The notes below the pieces were generated by a model, which saw nothing but the letters and a program-made list of their open reading frames with translations, searched no databases and was not told the origin of the DNA. From assembly GCA_965235115.1 (NCBI GenBank), contig OZ249436.1, positions 28,522,001 to 28,586,000 on the forward strand: a stretch of 64,000 bases of DNA. Reading direction: 5' to 3'. This document shows, piece after piece, positions 61,143-64,000 of the stretch (position 1 is its first letter; the number at the start of each line of letters is the position of its first letter). Both the position numbers and the translations under genes were made by a program. Source of the DNA: Laetmonice hystrix (Eukaryota).

Positions 61143-62292
61143 AGCCCCAGTCCCACCAAAGCCGATTGTACGACGTTCTATGCCGTTCTATCAAGATCTG
61201 AAATTTAGTTTAAGTCGTGATGAATCGTGATAAAATCATGACAACCCGAAGAGCTAGCTACGAATCTATCATGTTCTATCCCGACATCGGCCCGACCTTC
61301 CCGACAGCGCAACGACTAAAGCAACGTTCACTGCCGACCTATGCAGATTGAGCTTCGACCTCTCAAGATCCCGGGCCGATGTATGGCGACCTATACCAAG
61401 ATTGACAAACGATGTAGCAACGTTCTATGCCGTGCCCCAGCCGAGCTACGACCTGTCCCGATGACATCTGGTCTAGATCAGGGCTAAAGCCCCAGTCCCA
61501 CCAAAGCCGAATTAGCTACGACGTGTCACGATCTGATAAATCGTGTAGAATCGGGAAAGGTCCTAACTCGGTCGTACAGTAGTCTTGATAGATCCCCATA
61601 GGTCGGGATAGGCCACGATTGCACCCCGACAATTTTAAACTGTTAAAAACAATCGGCACTGGTCGGGAAAAAGCTCAAATCGGGGATATACCGTAGGTCA
61701 AACGTTGCTCAGTCGGGAATGGTCGGGGGACAATCGGGATAGTTCGTTGTTCAGTCCTGGCTGATCGTAGGACAATCACCAGACATTTCCTAGATCTAGC
61801 CCTGACGTCATCGGGACAGGTCGTCGCTCGGCCGGGGCTCAGACGGCATAGAACGTTGCTACATCGTTGGTCAAACATCGAGTCGGGTTCTTGAGGACGT
61901 AGCTCAATCTGCATAGGTCGGCAGAGAACGTTGCTAAGTTGTTTCTCGGTCGGGAAGGTTGGGGGGATGTCGAGATAGAACATGATAGCACGCAGCGTGA
62001 TCGTTGAGAGATCTTTGGAAACCGTTGCCCAGTCGCCGTTGAACGTGACAATTCGTAGCTAGGTCTTCGAGTTGTCATTATTTCATCCCGATTCATCACG
62101 ACTTAAAATAAATTTTAGATCTTGATAGAACGGCATGGAACGTAGTACAATCGGCTTTGGTGGGACTGGGGCTTAATTTTCTGGCAATTGTCCTACGATA
62201 AGCCAGGAATGAACAACGAACTATCCCGATTGTTCCCCGACTATATTCCCGACTGAGCAACGTTTGACCTACGATATAGCCCCGATCTGAGC
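61143..62292 (+). mobile_element. PIF/Harbinger-like MITE, outer copy (61143-61487 plus 62177-62292), right end lost
   Basis: Starts taa|agccccagtcccaccaaagccga; both parts are the reverse complement of the inner copy and join across a duplicated TAA. Confidence 0.8.
61488..62173 (-). mobile_element. PIF/Harbinger-like MITE, complete inner copy in inverted orientation
   Basis: 23-bp TIRs agccccagtcccaccaaagccga / tcggctttggtgggactggggct; TAA at 61485-87 and 62174-76. Confidence 0.9.
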
Positions 62293-62535
62293 ATGGCGTG
62301 GGTGGTCTAAGCAGACTGCCTGGCGCGGGTGGTCTAAGCAGACTGCATGGCGTGGGTGGTCTAGCAGACTGCATGGCGTGGGTGGTCTAAGCAGACTGCA
62401 TGCTTGGCGTGAGTGGTCTAAGCAGACTGCATGGCGTGGGTGGTCTAAGCAGACTGCCTGGCGCGGGTGGTCTAAGCAGACTGCATGGCGTGGGTGGTCT
62501 AGCAGACTGCATGGCGTGGGTGGTCTAAGCAGACT
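62291..62535. repeat. 27-bp minisatellite, ~9 copies (continuation of 59345-59408)
   Basis: Unit gcatggcgtgggtggtctaagcagact. Confidence 0.9.
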
Positions 62536-64000
62536 TGGCGACCTCCGACGCAGTTAATTTGCTCAATCATCTTCCGCCCGATGATTTTGTAGCTTTTGCT
62601 ATCGAGGAGTGTCCTACACTAATTTAGAAGTCATTACCGTCAGTGGCAAGCAGAATTTGTGTGATTCAAATGAAGTGGACAAGTGATGTCCACTTCATTT
62701 GTCGGAGGAAGTGTTTCACGGTTTTCCCCCGAGAGCCTTATCATTTATCAGGACCCTACTGCCGGTTATTCAAGATGTCCAATGTAGAAGCGAGTCATTA
62801 AAACCATTTGACAAACCGAAAAATTCTGAGAATAAAAGAATCAATAAGGATCAGATCTCAGGCGTACATACAAAGTAATATGTTCGTGTATTAAAATCTT
62901 AGTCGTACGTTTTGAAACATGGCGGCGATGAGAATCTAGCGATCTAAGCAGATTTAAGTAGAAGATATGGGACAAAAATAGATCTGTAGGGAAGTTTGTT
63001 ACGGAAGCTTACCTCCGACTTGGGGACAGTATTTCTACAGCCGTGCCTCATTGAAAAAATACAAACGGCATTGTCGGTTTATTTCTTTTGATTTCGCGTG
63101 CGTCCTTTCATTCTGTTTTTCCTTTCCTTATAAAACCATAGAAAACAGTCTTTCCTCCCAGCATGTGTAAAGATAAAAAGGGGACAGTCGCCATGTTTCT
63201 CCGGTCCAGCGGGTCTCTCCTTCCTGTTGGGGAAGCCATTGAAGATGCTGCATCAAGGGCGTCTTCAATCCCCAGCCGGACTTCACCAGCAGACAGTAAC
63301 CTCCTGCAGTTATAACATTGATGATACGTCTATAAGGGACGTCGTAAGTTGATATAACTGAAGCCCTGTAGTCTGTAGACTTGATTTAAAAACACCAGAT
63401 GATGGGTTCGAGTGGATCAGAATTGGCTTGACCGAGTACACCTGTTATATAACTGATGTGCCGGAAAGGGCAACCTTCTCTGCGGTGATGCGCCAGAATC
63501 GCCAAAACGGTTAGGAAAATCAATTAAAAAAAGCTCTAATGCAGATGTGAAAAGGTTTTATTTCAACTATAGGAAATCCTGGGAGTAGCCTCTCTCCTTT
63601 TTTAGGAAGTCGCACCATACGATTTTTATTAAGGCTGATGCTTTTATTAAGGTTGAATATCTTAAGATATTGCTGAAGTCTAGAGAGTTAGTCAGCATGC
63701 CATGAATTTATATGCATAATATATGTATTCCCGATTCAACATAGGCCTAGGAAACTTAGTGTGTGACAAATAATTTATCGGAACTGACCATTGTGTAGAT
63801 GAATAATGACAGAAACGAAAGGCAAAGGTTCCAACACGGTAGTGGTCTCTAGCAGTATTACTGTCGCATAGTATCGATGTCGGCGTACACAATGTATACA
63901 TACAGGTGATACTCGTCACATATCAATCATGACGGCGCAGAATGCCGCCAGAGACAACGTATGTGTCGGGTTTTCCATACACAGCACCACATCCGGTCTG

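Overview
This is eukaryotic, repeat-rich DNA, most consistent with an invertebrate animal. It contains a tRNA-derived SINE, Helentron-associated HINE/DINE-type elements, many MITEs, minisatellites, GT-AG splice signals and a 100-N assembly gap. I see no prokaryotic operon, CRISPR array, rRNA or true tRNA gene, and no intact recognisable protein-coding gene. The best-supported content is non-autonomous DNA transposons whose termini and target-site duplications (TSDs) can be read directly: Tc1/mariner (TA), PIF/Harbinger-like (TAA/AAT), Kolobok-like (TTAA), hAT-like (6 bp) and Helentron-type (TT, no TSD). Two clean cases of an element inserted into a copy of its own family and a multi-layer nested stack at 59.3-62.5 kb are visible. 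There is one plausible orphan coding exon (+, 35385-35951) and weaker minus-strand exon candidates (27.4-30.7 kb, 39.1-39.3 kb). The least explained part is the first ~18.5 kb: an intron-poor tract of decayed, mostly minus-strand reading frames with several private tandem arrays and a diverged, outward-facing inverted pair of enhancer-array/CCAAT/TATA modules (7.5-8.2 kb and 13.8-14.8 kb). It may be the relic of a large endogenous virus or giant transposon, but I cannot assign its proteins to any family by eye. All coordinates, unit lengths and copy numbers were read manually and may be off by a few bases.
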